A DNA stretch of 64,000 nucleotides from Bacilli bacterium (GTDB lineage: Bacteria; Bacillota_I; Bacilli_A; RFN20; CAG-826): positions 32,987 to 96,986 of the forward strand of contig DAOSDC010000005.1 of assembly GCA_035361955.1 (NCBI GenBank), given 5' to 3'. A program made the translations under genes and the position numbers. The notes beneath the pieces were generated by a model. That model was not told the DNA's origin. It saw nothing but the letters and a program-made list of their open reading frames with translations, and made no database searches. This document shows, piece by piece, positions 46,642-57,195 of this stretch. Numbering within the stretch: position 1 is the stretch's first letter; every line of letters starts with the position of its first letter.

Positions 46642-47010
46642 TCATCTCCAAAACTTGTCATATCCGCGTTTATCTTCGATATTGTATTCAATTAGTTTGC
46701 TAAGCAATCGATAATCAACGGTGTCCGTAAAGTTAATGCGAAACAGCATGCTGGAGGCGCGATAGCCCGATTCGATGATGTCATTCATATGCAAATCGAG
46801 GCATTTTTTCTCGACGGCAACCGAAAAATGCGCTTTGCTGACTGAAAAGGCGATGATGAATGTGCCATCGTGTGTAAACATCGGCTGATTCCATTTATAT
46901 TCGAGTTTCAGTTGGGGGTAATTGTTTTTTATATATTCCAAAACACCGTTTATCGTTTGACGATGCTTGAAGTTTTCGATGCTATTGAGGAATGATTCGA
47001 TTTCTTTCAT
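46642..47010 (-). CDS. DUF1801 (YdhG-like) domain protein
   Basis: 122 aa with a YdhG-like pattern. 3-nt gap to the downstream gene. Confidence 0.55.
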   Translation of the reverse strand: MKEIESFLNSIENFKHRQTINGVLEYIKNNYPQLKLEYKWNQPMFTHDGTFIIAFSVSKAHFSVAVEKKCLDLHMNDIIESGYRASSMLFRINFTDTVDYRLLSKLIEYNIEDKRGYDKFWR

Positions 47011-47157
47011 GCTTGGTCTCCTATTAAGATTATTATATTCTAGTTATGCGTTGTTGTCGGCTTTCAGCTTCGGCTTGATGGAGATGTTGTGGCATCAAGT
47101 TATGATTGAAGCGCTTACATGGCGGTGCTAGAATAAGTATCGCATGATAAACGACAT

Positions 47158-47946
47158 TTGGAGATAATCAATTATATGAACTTTCATATCTATGGATCGC
47201 TATTCGACATTTCCCACATTACCTACATTGTCATCTCCCTTGGTTTGACGGTCCTATTTTTATGGTTGCCGTCAAAAGTATTCACAACGCAGACCCATAA
47301 AGATGTCTATTTAAAATTTTGGGGTTGGGCAACGATTTTCTTACACATTTCCCCTTTATGGATCGAGTTTTTAAAGGGCAATCAAGCCGTTGCCGCTGAC
47401 AATATGTTATTTCCCATTTATTTCTGTAATTTATCTATGTATTTGCTCGTGATCGTCGCCATTTGGGGCAACAAGAAATCCAAAGCCTTCAATTATTTGG
47501 CGACGATGACCGGTTACGCCGGCGCTCTTGGCGCGCTTATTTCGCTGTTTTACCCTGAATATTATATCCATGGTGGCTCGATCTTCGATTGGGGCGTGTT
47601 CAAAAGCATGCTCAGCCATTCGACGATGCTTGTTGGATCGCTATATCTCATGGTGGGTGGCTATTTCAAAATTCAAAAACAGAATACTGTCGTTTATTTT
47701 GTTGGTTTGCTCGTGTTCGGTTTAATTGGAATTGGGGTAAATCAAACATTTGCACTCGCAGGATTAAATGCTCCTAACGCCATGTTTTTGCAACGTCCTC
47801 CGATTGAAGATGTGCCCTTCTTGAATGTTTACGTCATCGCTTTGATGATGGTTACCCTAATTTTTGGATTCACTACCTTGGTTGAGCATTTACGAACAAA
47901 ACGACTGTTACAAACGGCGCCGCTTGTGGCAACCGATAACAACTAA
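47158..47946 (+). CDS. Integral membrane protein (about 7 TM helices), unknown
   Basis: Hydrophobic throughout. The likely start (MNFHIYGS) is 6 codons in. Confidence 0.45.
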   Translation: MEIINYMNFHIYGSLFDISHITYIVISLGLTVLFLWLPSKVFTTQTHKDVYLKFWGWATIFLHISPLWIEFLKGNQAVAADNMLFPIYFCNLSMYLLVIVAIWGNKKSKAFNYLATMTGYAGALGALISLFYPEYYIHGGSIFDWGVFKSMLSHSTMLVGSLYLMVGGYFKIQKQNTVVYFVGLLVFGLIGIGVNQTFALAGLNAPNAMFLQRPPIEDVPFLNVYVIALMMVTLIFGFTTLVEHLRTKRLLQTAPLVATDNN

Positions 47947-47955
47947 TAAATAAAT

Positions 47956-47985
47956 GGGAACGCCAAAATGGCGTTCTCTTTTTTA
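47956..47985. terminator. Bidirectional rho-independent terminator
   Basis: GAACGCC-aaaat-GGCGTTC followed by TCTTTTTT. The minus-strand gene's stop lies in the T-run. Confidence 0.6.
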
Positions 47986-49272
47986 GTGTGCCCAGAAAAG
48001 CCAGATAAGGCCATAAGCGACCGATACTGCCACTAGTGTCATCGGAATGGCAATTTTGGCAAAATCAATGAATTTGACTTCGTGTCCTTCGTTACGCAAA
48101 ATGCCGATGCCGGCAATATTGGCCGAAGCTCCGATCGGGGTAAGGTTTCCGCCTAATGTGGAACCGGCCAACAGCCCAAAATAAAGCAAATATGGACTGA
48201 TGCCCAAAGAAGGCGCCAACGCCGCCATCACCGGCAACATCGTGGCGACATAAGGAATATTGTCAATAAACGCCGATAGCAAGACCGAAACCCACACGGC
48301 CAGCGTAAACATGATAAATGGTGAGCCCCCACCGATCGAAGCAAAGGCGTTAGCAATATCGTTGATAATTCCTACTTCTCCCAAAGCGGCAATCACGATG
48401 AATAAGCCTACTAACAAAAGTAGTGTCGTCACATCAACCTTTTTGATTGCTTCAATCACGCCTTTAAAACAACGTTGCTTAATCAAATCGTAAGTAAGGG
48501 CAACAAGGGCGACGCCCATCGTAATGTAACCATTTGTCAAAGGTGGTTTATTAGGAATAAACGAGGCGATGATTAACAAGGCAATGATGCTAATAAGGAA
48601 CAAGGAGGGAACAAAATCATTGACATGTGTTTTTTCTTTTAATGCAAGGGGTGCTTGTAACTTTCGGAATAAGATTAACTGGACGCCGACCGTGGCGAGG
48701 GCTCCCGCTTGCACGATAAAGAAAGGGCCCGGGCGACCATCCATCCAAAAGAAGTCGGCAAAAGTCATCCCTGTCGCGCTGCCTAACATAATAGATGTCG
48801 TGTCGCCGACCAAGGTGGCAAAACCTTGGAGATTAGCCGATACGGTGATAGCAACGATAATCGGAATGGGAGAAATCTTAATCCGTTTGGCGATGTCGAT
48901 GGCAATTGGAGCGATAATCAAAACCGTGGCGACGTTATCGACAAAAGCCGATACCAGACCAGCAAAAACTGCCAATGAGATAATGGCCCATTTAACCGAA
49001 TGGACATGGTCAATGATAAAATCGGCTAATGCGGCCGGAGCCTTCGATTTGACGAAGAAAACGACGACGATCATCGTGCCGGCAATCATCATTAACACAT
49101 TCCAATCAATGCCATTAAGCAGTATTAAAGAATCAATATCAATGCCGGGGATAAATCCAAGCGTAAATATGATGGTCGCGGCAAATAGGGCGACATATGC
49201 ACGGTATTTTGGTAATATTAGCAGTAATAGGTAAGCAATTACGAAGACGACAAGGACGATTGTTTTTTCCAT
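47983..49272 (-). CDS. ArsB/NhaD-superfamily permease (anion/Na+ transporter, YbiR-like)
   Basis: 429 aa with about 12 TM helices and two-fold internal repeat architecture typical of the CitMHS/ArsB_NhaD permeases. Confidence 0.55.
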   Translation of the reverse strand: MEKTIVLVVFVIAYLLLLILPKYRAYVALFAATIIFTLGFIPGIDIDSLILLNGIDWNVLMMIAGTMIVVVFFVKSKAPAALADFIIDHVHSVKWAIISLAVFAGLVSAFVDNVATVLIIAPIAIDIAKRIKISPIPIIVAITVSANLQGFATLVGDTTSIMLGSATGMTFADFFWMDGRPGPFFIVQAGALATVGVQLILFRKLQAPLALKEKTHVNDFVPSLFLISIIALLIIASFIPNKPPLTNGYITMGVALVALTYDLIKQRCFKGVIEAIKKVDVTTLLLLVGLFIVIAALGEVGIINDIANAFASIGGGSPFIMFTLAVWVSVLLSAFIDNIPYVATMLPVMAALAPSLGISPYLLYFGLLAGSTLGGNLTPIGASANIAGIGILRNEGHEVKFIDFAKIAIPMTLVAVSVAYGLIWLFWAH

Positions 49273-49349
49273 AAGATGCGGTCCGTTCCGCGTTTAAAAT
49301 TATAGCACTAGGACTGTTAGACATTTCGTACATGTCGCGATTAATCGCG

Positions 49350-50393
49350 CTAATCAATCATGTCGATGATGAATGCGTATCCGATTTCGCTAAACCCGAT
49401 ATATGAAACTTCTTCTTGAAGAAAATCCCATTCAAAAATCATAAATGGCGTTGAACCGAATAACCCCGCATTAAACAGAAATCCTTCGGCGCACTGAAAG
49501 CCGAGATAGTATTTATTTCCAGCGCTGCTGGCATCGATAAATCGCGGTGTGCTGGTCAGATCTTGTTCTTCTAGCAAATTGACAATCGTTTGCCCGCGTG
49601 CCGATAATCGCATGAAATCAACGAATTCAATCGATTGGAACGATTGTTCGTTTTTAGTTATATCCAGCGTTTCGTTGTTAATAACAAGTTCATATGTGTC
49701 TGGTCCATCAACCACTCGTAGTTCATGATGTACTTCGCTTAACGTTCGAAAACTAGCGCTCGTCGGTGTCCCATTTACGAAATCATAGGCATCGATGACA
49801 TAGGTATCGCTTGTGTCGCGGTAACGGTAGAAAATACCGTCGCTGACAATGACTTGATACATGTCGTCAATCGCGGCAAATGTGGTAGTGGTTGCCGTTT
49901 CCAAATCATCGTATTCAAGTTGCAATAACGAATGATTGTCGTTGCGATAGATCAAAATATGATCACTATCCGCGAAGATGCGCGGATAATGTTCGTTGTC
50001 AATCGGATCAATTTCTAAAACATACATCGCGTCCATGGTCAATAAATCGATAGTCAATAAATGAAAACCGGTTATCATCTCGGTCATCGTCTCGGCAAAC
50101 ATAACGAATAATGTTTTCTCAATATATACAACTTCAGGATATAGCGAACCGTCGGCCGGAGTTACGTCATTGGCAACAAGCTGGGCGCCGATTAGTGATT
50201 CAATATTATATGTCTGATTATCAATATTGATTTGATAATCCGAGGCGATGAACGCATATCCTGTTTTCTCGACCGGGAGTTCCGATAGCGTCTGATTGAA
50301 ATCGGCATAACGGTTTTCACAACCCGACAATAACGTCAGCGATGCTGCAGCGATGATGGCGAATAGTCGCGGTCTGATTAGTTTATATTTCAT
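49350..50393 (-). CDS. Hypothetical lipoprotein (347 aa)
   Basis: Lipobox LLSGC. No recognised domain. Confidence 0.45.
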   Translation of the reverse strand: MKYKLIRPRLFAIIAAASLTLLSGCENRYADFNQTLSELPVEKTGYAFIASDYQINIDNQTYNIESLIGAQLVANDVTPADGSLYPEVVYIEKTLFVMFAETMTEMITGFHLLTIDLLTMDAMYVLEIDPIDNEHYPRIFADSDHILIYRNDNHSLLQLEYDDLETATTTTFAAIDDMYQVIVSDGIFYRYRDTSDTYVIDAYDFVNGTPTSASFRTLSEVHHELRVVDGPDTYELVINNETLDITKNEQSFQSIEFVDFMRLSARGQTIVNLLEEQDLTSTPRFIDASSAGNKYYLGFQCAEGFLFNAGLFGSTPFMIFEWDFLQEEVSYIGFSEIGYAFIIDMID

Positions 50394-50398
50394 AAAAT

Positions 50399-50818
50399 TT
50401 ACTTTTGCTCCAAATATCGTTTTAACGGTTCCATCATGGCAATCGTGCCCGCTTTAAATACCGCTTCGTCACGTTCGATTCCGTCAGCAAACTCAAACGT
50501 GACCTCCATATCATAATGCGTCGCTCCGTTAATCTCTTGAAATCGATAAACGCAAGTGTTGATAACATCGGGTATTTCATATACTAGGGTAATGGTTTCT
50601 GGCAAATTACTTGAGGGAACCGATACTTTCAATTTCGACTTAAAACCTGCTCCATCATAGATTTGATATCCGCTTGATCCTTGATTGAATAGTTTACCAG
50701 TCGTTGATTCGACCCTTACTAGTGTCGGTTGCCACTTTTTCAATTGTTCAATGTTAAGCAGCGCGTCAATCACGTCTTGGCGTGTCCTGTTAATAGTATC
50801 TGAAATCGAATATTTCAT
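50399..50818 (-). CDS. Hypothetical protein, possibly SRPBCC-fold
   Basis: 139 aa with a beta-rich pattern. Assignment is weak. Confidence 0.35.
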   Translation of the reverse strand: MKYSISDTINRTRQDVIDALLNIEQLKKWQPTLVRVESTTGKLFNQGSSGYQIYDGAGFKSKLKVSVPSSNLPETITLVYEIPDVINTCVYRFQEINGATHYDMEVTFEFADGIERDEAVFKAGTIAMMEPLKRYLEQK

Positions 50819-50880
50819 GATGGAACCTCTTGCATGTGCTCATTATAGAATAATGAAGTCATTGATGCCATCCATCGTTG

Positions 50881-51438
50881 TCACAAGTCGTACCAGTGAT
50901 TTGCCCCAACGCGAATCAATGCTATAGATGGGCCATATTGTTCAAAAAATGATGTCACCGCCGTATTTGGACCCTCGATGCCCATGATTTTGGTTTGGTC
51001 ATCAAACACCTGATAGTAGCCATCCGATCTAAAAATAAGCGACAAATCGTTTACATTAATGTCGGATTCTTCTAGGTAATTTGGATAAATTTTCAATTCG
51101 ATATCGTTGTTAGGATAATATACCGATTGCCAGATGTGCGGTTTGCTTTCAAGTAATGGGTGTTCTGGGGTCGAAAGTTGTTGTAAACTCCCATAATTTT
51201 GTCCATAAAACGAAAACATCGCATCGTATTCTGCCTCACTGATTTCAAACACATAAATCGAATAACCGTTGTCTTTTCGTTCGTTAAATTCGATGTTTTC
51301 AATACCTGTCTTGAATTGGATAAAGTCTGGATAGACGTAGTTGATGGGAAATCGTTGCCGCAAGTCGCAACTTGAAAGCAACGCGGCCACAAATAAAAGG
51401 TTCGTCAGTGTTGTTACAGTTTCACGAAATCGTTTCAT
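50881..51438 (-). CDS. Hypothetical lipoprotein (185 aa)
   Basis: Lipobox ALLSSC. Confidence 0.45.
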   Translation of the reverse strand: MKRFRETVTTLTNLLFVAALLSSCDLRQRFPINYVYPDFIQFKTGIENIEFNERKDNGYSIYVFEISEAEYDAMFSFYGQNYGSLQQLSTPEHPLLESKPHIWQSVYYPNNDIELKIYPNYLEESDINVNDLSLIFRSDGYYQVFDDQTKIMGIEGPNTAVTSFFEQYGPSIALIRVGANHWYDL

Positions 51439-51451
51439 CAGTTATACATAG

Positions 51452-52585
51452 TTAAAATATAATACACACTAATTGGAAAGTAATTACAATGATTGCTAAA
51501 GCAATCGGGTAGGTAGCCGCATAAGATGTAGCTACATCATCGGTTTCCGCCACGCGAATCAGTGTACCAAGCGCTGGGGTGCTCGTCATGCCCCCACATA
51601 TCGAACCTAGACTATTAAACATGCTCAATTTCATGACTTTTAGCGCAAAGAATAATCCGACAAACATCGGTAGTAATGTCATAATCGCACCATAAACAAA
51701 CACCATCACGCCATAATCCTGCAGCACCTGAATAAAGCCGGAACCGGCTTTGGTTCCCGCGCCGATTAAAAATAGCATCAAGCCTAATTCCCGAAGCGGA
51801 ACAAGCGTTTCCTTTTTGACTTTAAAATCAATCCGGGCAATCGAGCCGAAATGACCGAATAGTAAACCAGCGATAAGTGGTCCGCCCGAATTACCAAGTG
51901 AAAACGCAATGCCGCCTGGTAGCGGAATCGTCACTTTGCCCAGTAATACGCCAAGCACGACGGCCAGCGCAAACGCAAAGTAACCAAGCGGATCGAAACT
52001 TAATGTTTTCTTTTTTGAATCGACATTGACACCATTGGCCACTTTTTGATATTGTTCACGCTCTTTGACCATATCGGTTTTAAAGATGCGGGGCACCAGT
52101 TGAACAAACAACACGACGCCGATGACACCAAAGGGATAAGCAATCCCATAACCAATTGACGCTAGTGGCGAGCCCGTCGCTTCAATGGCGACACCTAGTC
52201 CAGGCGTTGTCGTCAGCGCTCCAGCCAGCAAACCAATCGCCAAATCGGTGCCAATCGGCGTAATCAGCACTAAAGCGATTACCGCGATAATGCCGACCAA
52301 AACGATAATGACTCCTAAAATCACGTAAGCGATCGCGTTGCTTCGAAAATTTCGGAAAAATTTCGGGCCGGCGATAAAGCCGACCGCCGTCACGAAAACG
52401 ACAAGTCCAAGATCTTGGACGACTGATAAAATCGTAATCCCAAAATGACCAAACGCCAATGCCACGAGCAAAACAGCGGCCGTGCCTAAACTCATGCCCT
52501 TAATGCTGATACGTCCAAAACCGTAACCGACTAGGGCAATTAAGAAGATTGTAAAGATGGGATTGGCGATTAAGAAATCTTTCAT
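51452..52585 (-). CDS. Putative dicarboxylate/amino-acid exchanger of the AspT/YidE/YbjL family (two Asp-Al_Ex repeats, no TrkA-C domains)
   Basis: N-terminal PIFTIFLIALVGYGFGRISIKGMSLGTAAVLLVALAFGHFG matches the Asp-Al_Ex repeat, and a second repeat lies in the C-terminal half. The gene ends 17 nt upstream of sucD. Confidence 0.6.
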   Translation of the reverse strand: MKDFLIANPIFTIFLIALVGYGFGRISIKGMSLGTAAVLLVALAFGHFGITILSVVQDLGLVVFVTAVGFIAGPKFFRNFRSNAIAYVILGVIIVLVGIIAVIALVLITPIGTDLAIGLLAGALTTTPGLGVAIEATGSPLASIGYGIAYPFGVIGVVLFVQLVPRIFKTDMVKEREQYQKVANGVNVDSKKKTLSFDPLGYFAFALAVVLGVLLGKVTIPLPGGIAFSLGNSGGPLIAGLLFGHFGSIARIDFKVKKETLVPLRELGLMLFLIGAGTKAGSGFIQVLQDYGVMVFVYGAIMTLLPMFVGLFFALKVMKLSMFNSLGSICGGMTSTPALGTLIRVAETDDVATSYAATYPIALAIIVITFQLVCIIF

Positions 52586-52601
52586 ATGCTCTACCTTACG
52601 A

Positions 52602-53489
52602 TTATAGTTCGATGCCGGCGCAAATCAATGCATCCAGCAGCGTTTCCCCAATAACATCAGGCGTTAGCGCAATCTTGACTCCGGCATTTCTAAGCGCGGA
52701 TATTTTGCCTTCCGCCGTGCCTTTGCCACCCATGACAATCGCTCCGGCGTGACCCATGCGTTTGCCTTTTGGCGATGATTGGCCACCGATGAAAGCGACA
52801 ACGGGTTTACTCATGTGCTGAGCGATAAATTGCGCGGCTTCTTCTTCGCCGCTACCGCCGATTTCGCCATTGATGACGACGGCGTATGTATCTGGGTCAT
52901 CTTCAAATGCTTGCAGGGCATCAACGAAGCTCGTTCCTTTGATGGGATCTCCCCCGATACCAATGACCGTAGATTGACCAATGCCGCGGTCGGTTAGCTG
53001 CTTGACCGCTTCATAGGTTAGGGTGCCCGAACGCGAGATAATGCCGACGTGACCTTTTTTATGTATGTATCCCGGCATAATGCCAATCTTGCATTCATCG
53101 GGAGTGATGATTCCAGGGCAATTAGGCCCAATCAATCTCGTCTTCGTTGTTTTCAAATGATGGATGACACGCGCCATATCAAGCACGGGGATGCCTTCAG
53201 TGATGCAGACGACTAACTCAATGCCGGCATCCGCCGCTTCCATGATTGAGTTGGCGGCAAACTTGGGTGGCACAAAAATTACCGAAGCGTTAGCGTTTGT
53301 TGCGTCTTTCGCTTCCTTGACGGAATTGAATACCGGAACACCTAAAATAGTCTGTCCGGCTTTGCCTGGAGTCACTCCGGCGACAACTTTCGTGCCGTAT
53401 TCAATCATTTTCTGAGCATGGAACGAACCGGCATTACCGGTGATGCCTTGAACGATTAGTTTGGTGTTTTGATTAATGTAAATACTCAT
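52602..53489 (-). CDS. sucD: Succinyl-CoA synthetase alpha subunit
   Basis: [39 protein letters not shown] and the phosphohistidine region MGHAGAIV. Confidence 0.9.
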   Translation of the reverse strand: MSIYINQNTKLIVQGITGNAGSFHAQKMIEYGTKVVAGVTPGKAGQTILGVPVFNSVKEAKDATNANASVIFVPPKFAANSIMEAADAGIELVVCITEGIPVLDMARVIHHLKTTKTRLIGPNCPGIITPDECKIGIMPGYIHKKGHVGIISRSGTLTYEAVKQLTDRGIGQSTVIGIGGDPIKGTSFVDALQAFEDDPDTYAVVINGEIGGSGEEEAAQFIAQHMSKPVVAFIGGQSSPKGKRMGHAGAIVMGGKGTAEGKISALRNAGVKIALTPDVIGETLLDALICAGIEL

Positions 53490-54640
53490 CGAACGGCCTC
53501 GATTACTTTGGTAGCGCCATCGGCCATATCGGTGGCCGAAATAATGGCTAATCCCGATTCACTAAGGATTTGACGGCCTAATTCTACATTAGTGCCTTCA
53601 AGTCGCACGACAAGCGGGATATTTAAACCAATCGATTTGGCTGCGGAAACGACGCCATTGGCAATCACATCGCATTTCATAATGCCGCCGAATATGTTGA
53701 TGAAAATCGCTTTGACGTTAGGGTCTGATAGCAAAATCTCAAATGCGATTTTGACGCGTTCGGTGCTAGCTCCGCCGCCGACATCGAGGAAGTTGGCCGG
53801 TTGCCCGCCGTAATGTTTGATGATGTCCATCGTCGCCATAGCCAGACCCGCGCCATTGACAAGACAACCGATGTTCCCATCGAGCGTGACATAACTTAAA
53901 TCGTTTTGCGACGCCCAATATTCTTTGGGATCTTCTTCATCGACATCGCGCAGTTGTTTGATATCAGGGTGACGAAACAAGGCGTTATCGTCAAAGCTGA
54001 TTTTTGCGTCCAAGCATAATAAGTGGTCATTGTCAGTTAGCACAAGTGGGTTGATTTCCACGAGCGAACAATCTTTTTCGATGAAAAGCCTGATCATGCC
54101 TTGCAGGAGTGATTTCAGTTGTTCAAATAGTTGCACGGGAATATTTAACGCCTTTGCGACTTTAGAAGTGAGTTCATCATCTAGTCCCGATTGCAGCGAA
54201 ACTGGAATCTGGATGATTTTTTCAGGATGATCATGCGCCGTTTCTTCAATCTCGGTGCCACCTTCACTTGATGCCACGATGATTAAACCGGCGTTAGCGT
54301 AATCCGGGGTAATGCTTAAATAGTATTCTTTGGTGTATTTTACCGTTTCGGTCACCAGCACGCGTTTAACGCGTTTGCCTTCGGGCCCGGTTTGTTTTGT
54401 CACCAAGTTCATGCCGATTATTTGCGTGGCTAGCTCATAGGCGTGTTTTGGGTCTTTCGCTAATTTGATACCCCCGCCTTTTCCTCTGCCACCGGCGTGA
54501 ATTTGCGCTTTGATGACGCATGTTTGATAATGCTTGGCGGCATCTTTCGCCTGGGAGGCAGTTTCGCACACGAAACCGGTAGGAACCGGAAGACCATATG
54601 CTTTAAACAGTTCCTTGGCTTGGTATTCATGTATTTTCAT
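53486..54640 (-). CDS. sucC: Succinyl-CoA synthetase beta subunit (start revised to [10 protein letters not shown])
   Basis: ATP-grasp N-terminus [20 protein letters not shown]. The start ATG shares a base with the korC stop (TAATG). Overlaps sucD by 4 nt. Confidence 0.9.
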   Translation of the reverse strand: MKIHEYQAKELFKAYGLPVPTGFVCETASQAKDAAKHYQTCVIKAQIHAGGRGKGGGIKLAKDPKHAYELATQIIGMNLVTKQTGPEGKRVKRVLVTETVKYTKEYYLSITPDYANAGLIIVASSEGGTEIEETAHDHPEKIIQIPVSLQSGLDDELTSKVAKALNIPVQLFEQLKSLLQGMIRLFIEKDCSLVEINPLVLTDNDHLLCLDAKISFDDNALFRHPDIKQLRDVDEEDPKEYWASQNDLSYVTLDGNIGCLVNGAGLAMATMDIIKHYGGQPANFLDVGGGASTERVKIAFEILLSDPNVKAIFINIFGGIMKCDVIANGVVSAAKSIGLNIPLVVRLEGTNVELGRQILSESGLAIISATDMADGATKVIEAVR

Positions 54641-55200
54641 TAAAGGTGCGCTCGTTTCCATTCAAGCGCAAGTTGTTTGCCAACTTCAAGCGCTTTAATG
54701 TTATATTCTTTGCTACCGCTTGGCACATGCATGAGCACGGCTTGGCGCAATATATCGTCGCTGGCGATGTGTAAAAATTCATTGATCGCCCCAATGGCAA
54801 CGATGTTCGCGGTTTGGACTTTACCAACGACATGTCGGGCCGTGTCAATAAGGGGTAAGGTAATGACGTGGCTAGGTGAAACATCCGGAGGTATTTCGAG
54901 TCCTTGATCAAGCATCACGAGACTTCCCTCGGAAATACGGGGCGCATAACGCTCCAACGCTTTCTTGGTGAAAACGAGTAAAAACGAGGGGTCAAGCACT
55001 TTTGTGAACCCGATCGGTTTGTCGGATATTAGTATTTCAGCTTTGCAGGCACCACCGCGTGCTTCGGGTCCATATGTGCCCGTTTGCGCCGTGTGTTTGC
55101 CGCTAAGTATCGCCGCTTCGGCTAAAATGATCGTCGCTAAAATGACGCCTTGGCCACCATTTCCGGCGAGGCGGATGTCGTGTCGACTACTTATTTCCAT
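54640..55200 (-). CDS. korC: 2-oxoacid:ferredoxin oxidoreductase gamma subunit (likely 2-oxoglutarate, KorC)
   Basis: 186 aa POR/KOR gamma pattern (IRLAGNGGQGVILA...). Confidence 0.82.
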   Translation of the reverse strand: MEISSRHDIRLAGNGGQGVILATIILAEAAILSGKHTAQTGTYGPEARGGACKAEILISDKPIGFTKVLDPSFLLVFTKKALERYAPRISEGSLVMLDQGLEIPPDVSPSHVITLPLIDTARHVVGKVQTANIVAIGAINEFLHIASDDILRQAVLMHVPSGSKEYNIKALEVGKQLALEWKRAHL

Positions 55201-56062
55201 GTGCCGTCCTCGTCTTGGTTAAATTTTCAACCATTTCGCGGTAAGCCGCAGTGTATTCTTTATAATCCGCTTGATGCAATACGCCAATCACGAGTTTGTT
55301 TTTTAATTGTTCGCTAGTCATCTTCGCCGCTAACTCGACGGTGACGGCGTTTACTTGTTGCCATTTGAGCATTTCAACCGCGTCACCGGATTTATTTTCG
55401 CGACCATAATAAGTCGGGCATGTACTGGCGACATCGATTAATGAAAATCCTTGATGGGCGATGCCTTTTTGAATCAAATCGATTGTTTGTCGCACATGAT
55501 AGGCGCTACCTCTAGCGGCATACGATGCGCCGGCCCCGTAAGCGAGTTGCGCAATGTCAAATGTGCGGTCGATGCTCCCATAGGGCGCCGTTGTTCCAAT
55601 TGCTTGGGTTGGTGTCGTCGGTGAATATTGCCCCCCGGTCATTCCATAAACGTTGTTATTCATCACGACAACCGTCAATCCGATGTTGCGACGTGCGGCA
55701 TGGATTAGGTGATTGCCACCAATCGCCGATATATCGCCGTCACCAGCGATGACGATTACTTCAAGCTCTGGTTTGGCAAGTTTAATCCCGGTGGCAAAAG
55801 CGATCGCGCGACCATGAGTTGTATGAATCGTGTTGAAATCCATATATCCGGCTGACCGTGACGAACAGCCGATGCCCGATACGATAATCGTCTTATCGCG
55901 GCTAAGCCCTAAGTTTTCAATTGCTTGAACGACATCGCGCATAATGATGCCATTACCACAACCAGCACACCAAATATGAGGGAGGTGTTCTGTGCGCATG
56001 TATTTATCGATTAGTTTCGATGTATCACTGCTTTGGGTATCGAGGCCGATGGTATAACCCAT
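55187..56062 (-). CDS. korB: 2-oxoacid:ferredoxin oxidoreductase beta subunit (TPP-binding, KorB)
   Basis: HIWCAGCGNG and TPP-binding GDGD...NN motifs. The ATG at 56062 has GGAGG 10 nt upstream but overlaps the korA 3' end by 52 nt. An alternative ATG at 55999 (MRTEHLP) removes the overlap. Confidence 0.82.
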   Translation of the reverse strand: MGYTIGLDTQSSDTSKLIDKYMRTEHLPHIWCAGCGNGIIMRDVVQAIENLGLSRDKTIIVSGIGCSSRSAGYMDFNTIHTTHGRAIAFATGIKLAKPELEVIVIAGDGDISAIGGNHLIHAARRNIGLTVVVMNNNVYGMTGGQYSPTTPTQAIGTTAPYGSIDRTFDIAQLAYGAGASYAARGSAYHVRQTIDLIQKGIAHQGFSLIDVASTCPTYYGRENKSGDAVEMLKWQQVNAVTVELAAKMTSEQLKNKLVIGVLHQADYKEYTAAYREMVENLTKTRTAHGNK

Positions 56063-57195
56063 ACGTGCGCATCCTCCAATTTCTTGATTATTTCACTTGG
56101 CGTAATCATTGTGCCGTTATATTTTCCAACAAAATCAATTGGGCATGTGTTTTTAATGACGCGTTCCACTTCGAGTACCATTTGGCCGTAATTGTGTTCA
56201 ACGACGACGACTCGTTTAAGTTTCTTAGCGGCCAGCGCCAATTCCTTTTCGGGGAAGGGCCACAGAGTGATGGGCCGGAAGATTCCGACTTTGATGCCCT
56301 TCTCGCGGGCTTCTTCCATCGTCGAAAGGGCGGCGCGCATCGTGCCCCCGTAACAGAAAATTGCGATTTCAGCATCGTCCATACCCAGTTGTTCGACTTG
56401 GACGATATCTTCGTAATTGGTCGACACTTTCTTCATTAAACGGTCGAGCAGTTTTTCGGCGTTTTCCGTCGAACTGCTGGGAAATCCTGATTCATCGTGC
56501 ATTAATCCGGTGATGTTGTAGCGTTGGCCTTCGCCAAAAGGCGCCATCGCAGGAACTAGATTATCGGGAGTGGTGATATAAGGCTCGCGGTAGGGATCGG
56601 GGTTCTCGATCGTCGGGCGATCGATGATTTGAATGGAATCGCGTGATGGCAATTCCACGCCTTCGCGTAAATGACCGACCATTTCATCCATCATTAAGAG
56701 GACCGGTGTTCGATATTTTTCCGATAGATTGAAGGCGCGAATCGTTAATTCATAAGTTTCTTTGACCGAAGATGGGCACAATGCGATAACGGGATGGTCG
56801 CCATGGGTGCCCCAGCGCGCCATCATCACGTCGCCTTGTGAAGGAGATGTCGGCATCCCGGTCGAGGGACCCATGCGCTGGACATCGACGAGAACAAGCG
56901 GGATTTCCGCTAGAGCCGCATAACCGAGGTTTTCCTGTTTTAGTGAAAAACCGGGACCACTGGTCGCCGTCATTGATTTGACACCGGCCACCGAACTACC
57001 TATGGCGCAGGCGATTGAAGCTATTTCATCTTCCATTTGGATAAAGGTGCCCCCGACTTGAGGCAGTCGTTTGGCGGCTAATTCAGCAATCTCAGTCGAA
57101 GGAGTGATTGGGTAACCGGCATAAAGCCGCATCCCCGCGGCGATGGCGCCTTCGGTGCAAGCTTCGTTACCTTGCATGAGCACTATTTTTCCCAT
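56011..57195 (-). CDS. korA: 2-oxoacid:ferredoxin oxidoreductase alpha subunit (KorA); start revised to MGKIVLMQGNEA
   Basis: The typical KorA N-terminus follows an AAGGAG RBS (9 nt upstream). The 24-codon 5' extension in the ORF track is unsupported. Confidence 0.85.
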   Translation of the reverse strand: MGKIVLMQGNEACTEGAIAAGMRLYAGYPITPSTEIAELAAKRLPQVGGTFIQMEDEIASIACAIGSSVAGVKSMTATSGPGFSLKQENLGYAALAEIPLVLVDVQRMGPSTGMPTSPSQGDVMMARWGTHGDHPVIALCPSSVKETYELTIRAFNLSEKYRTPVLLMMDEMVGHLREGVELPSRDSIQIIDRPTIENPDPYREPYITTPDNLVPAMAPFGEGQRYNITGLMHDESGFPSSSTENAEKLLDRLMKKVSTNYEDIVQVEQLGMDDAEIAIFCYGGTMRAALSTMEEAREKGIKVGIFRPITLWPFPEKELALAAKKLKRVVVVEHNYGQMVLEVERVIKNTCPIDFVGKYNGTMITPSEIIKKLEDAHVWVIPSASIPKAVIHRN

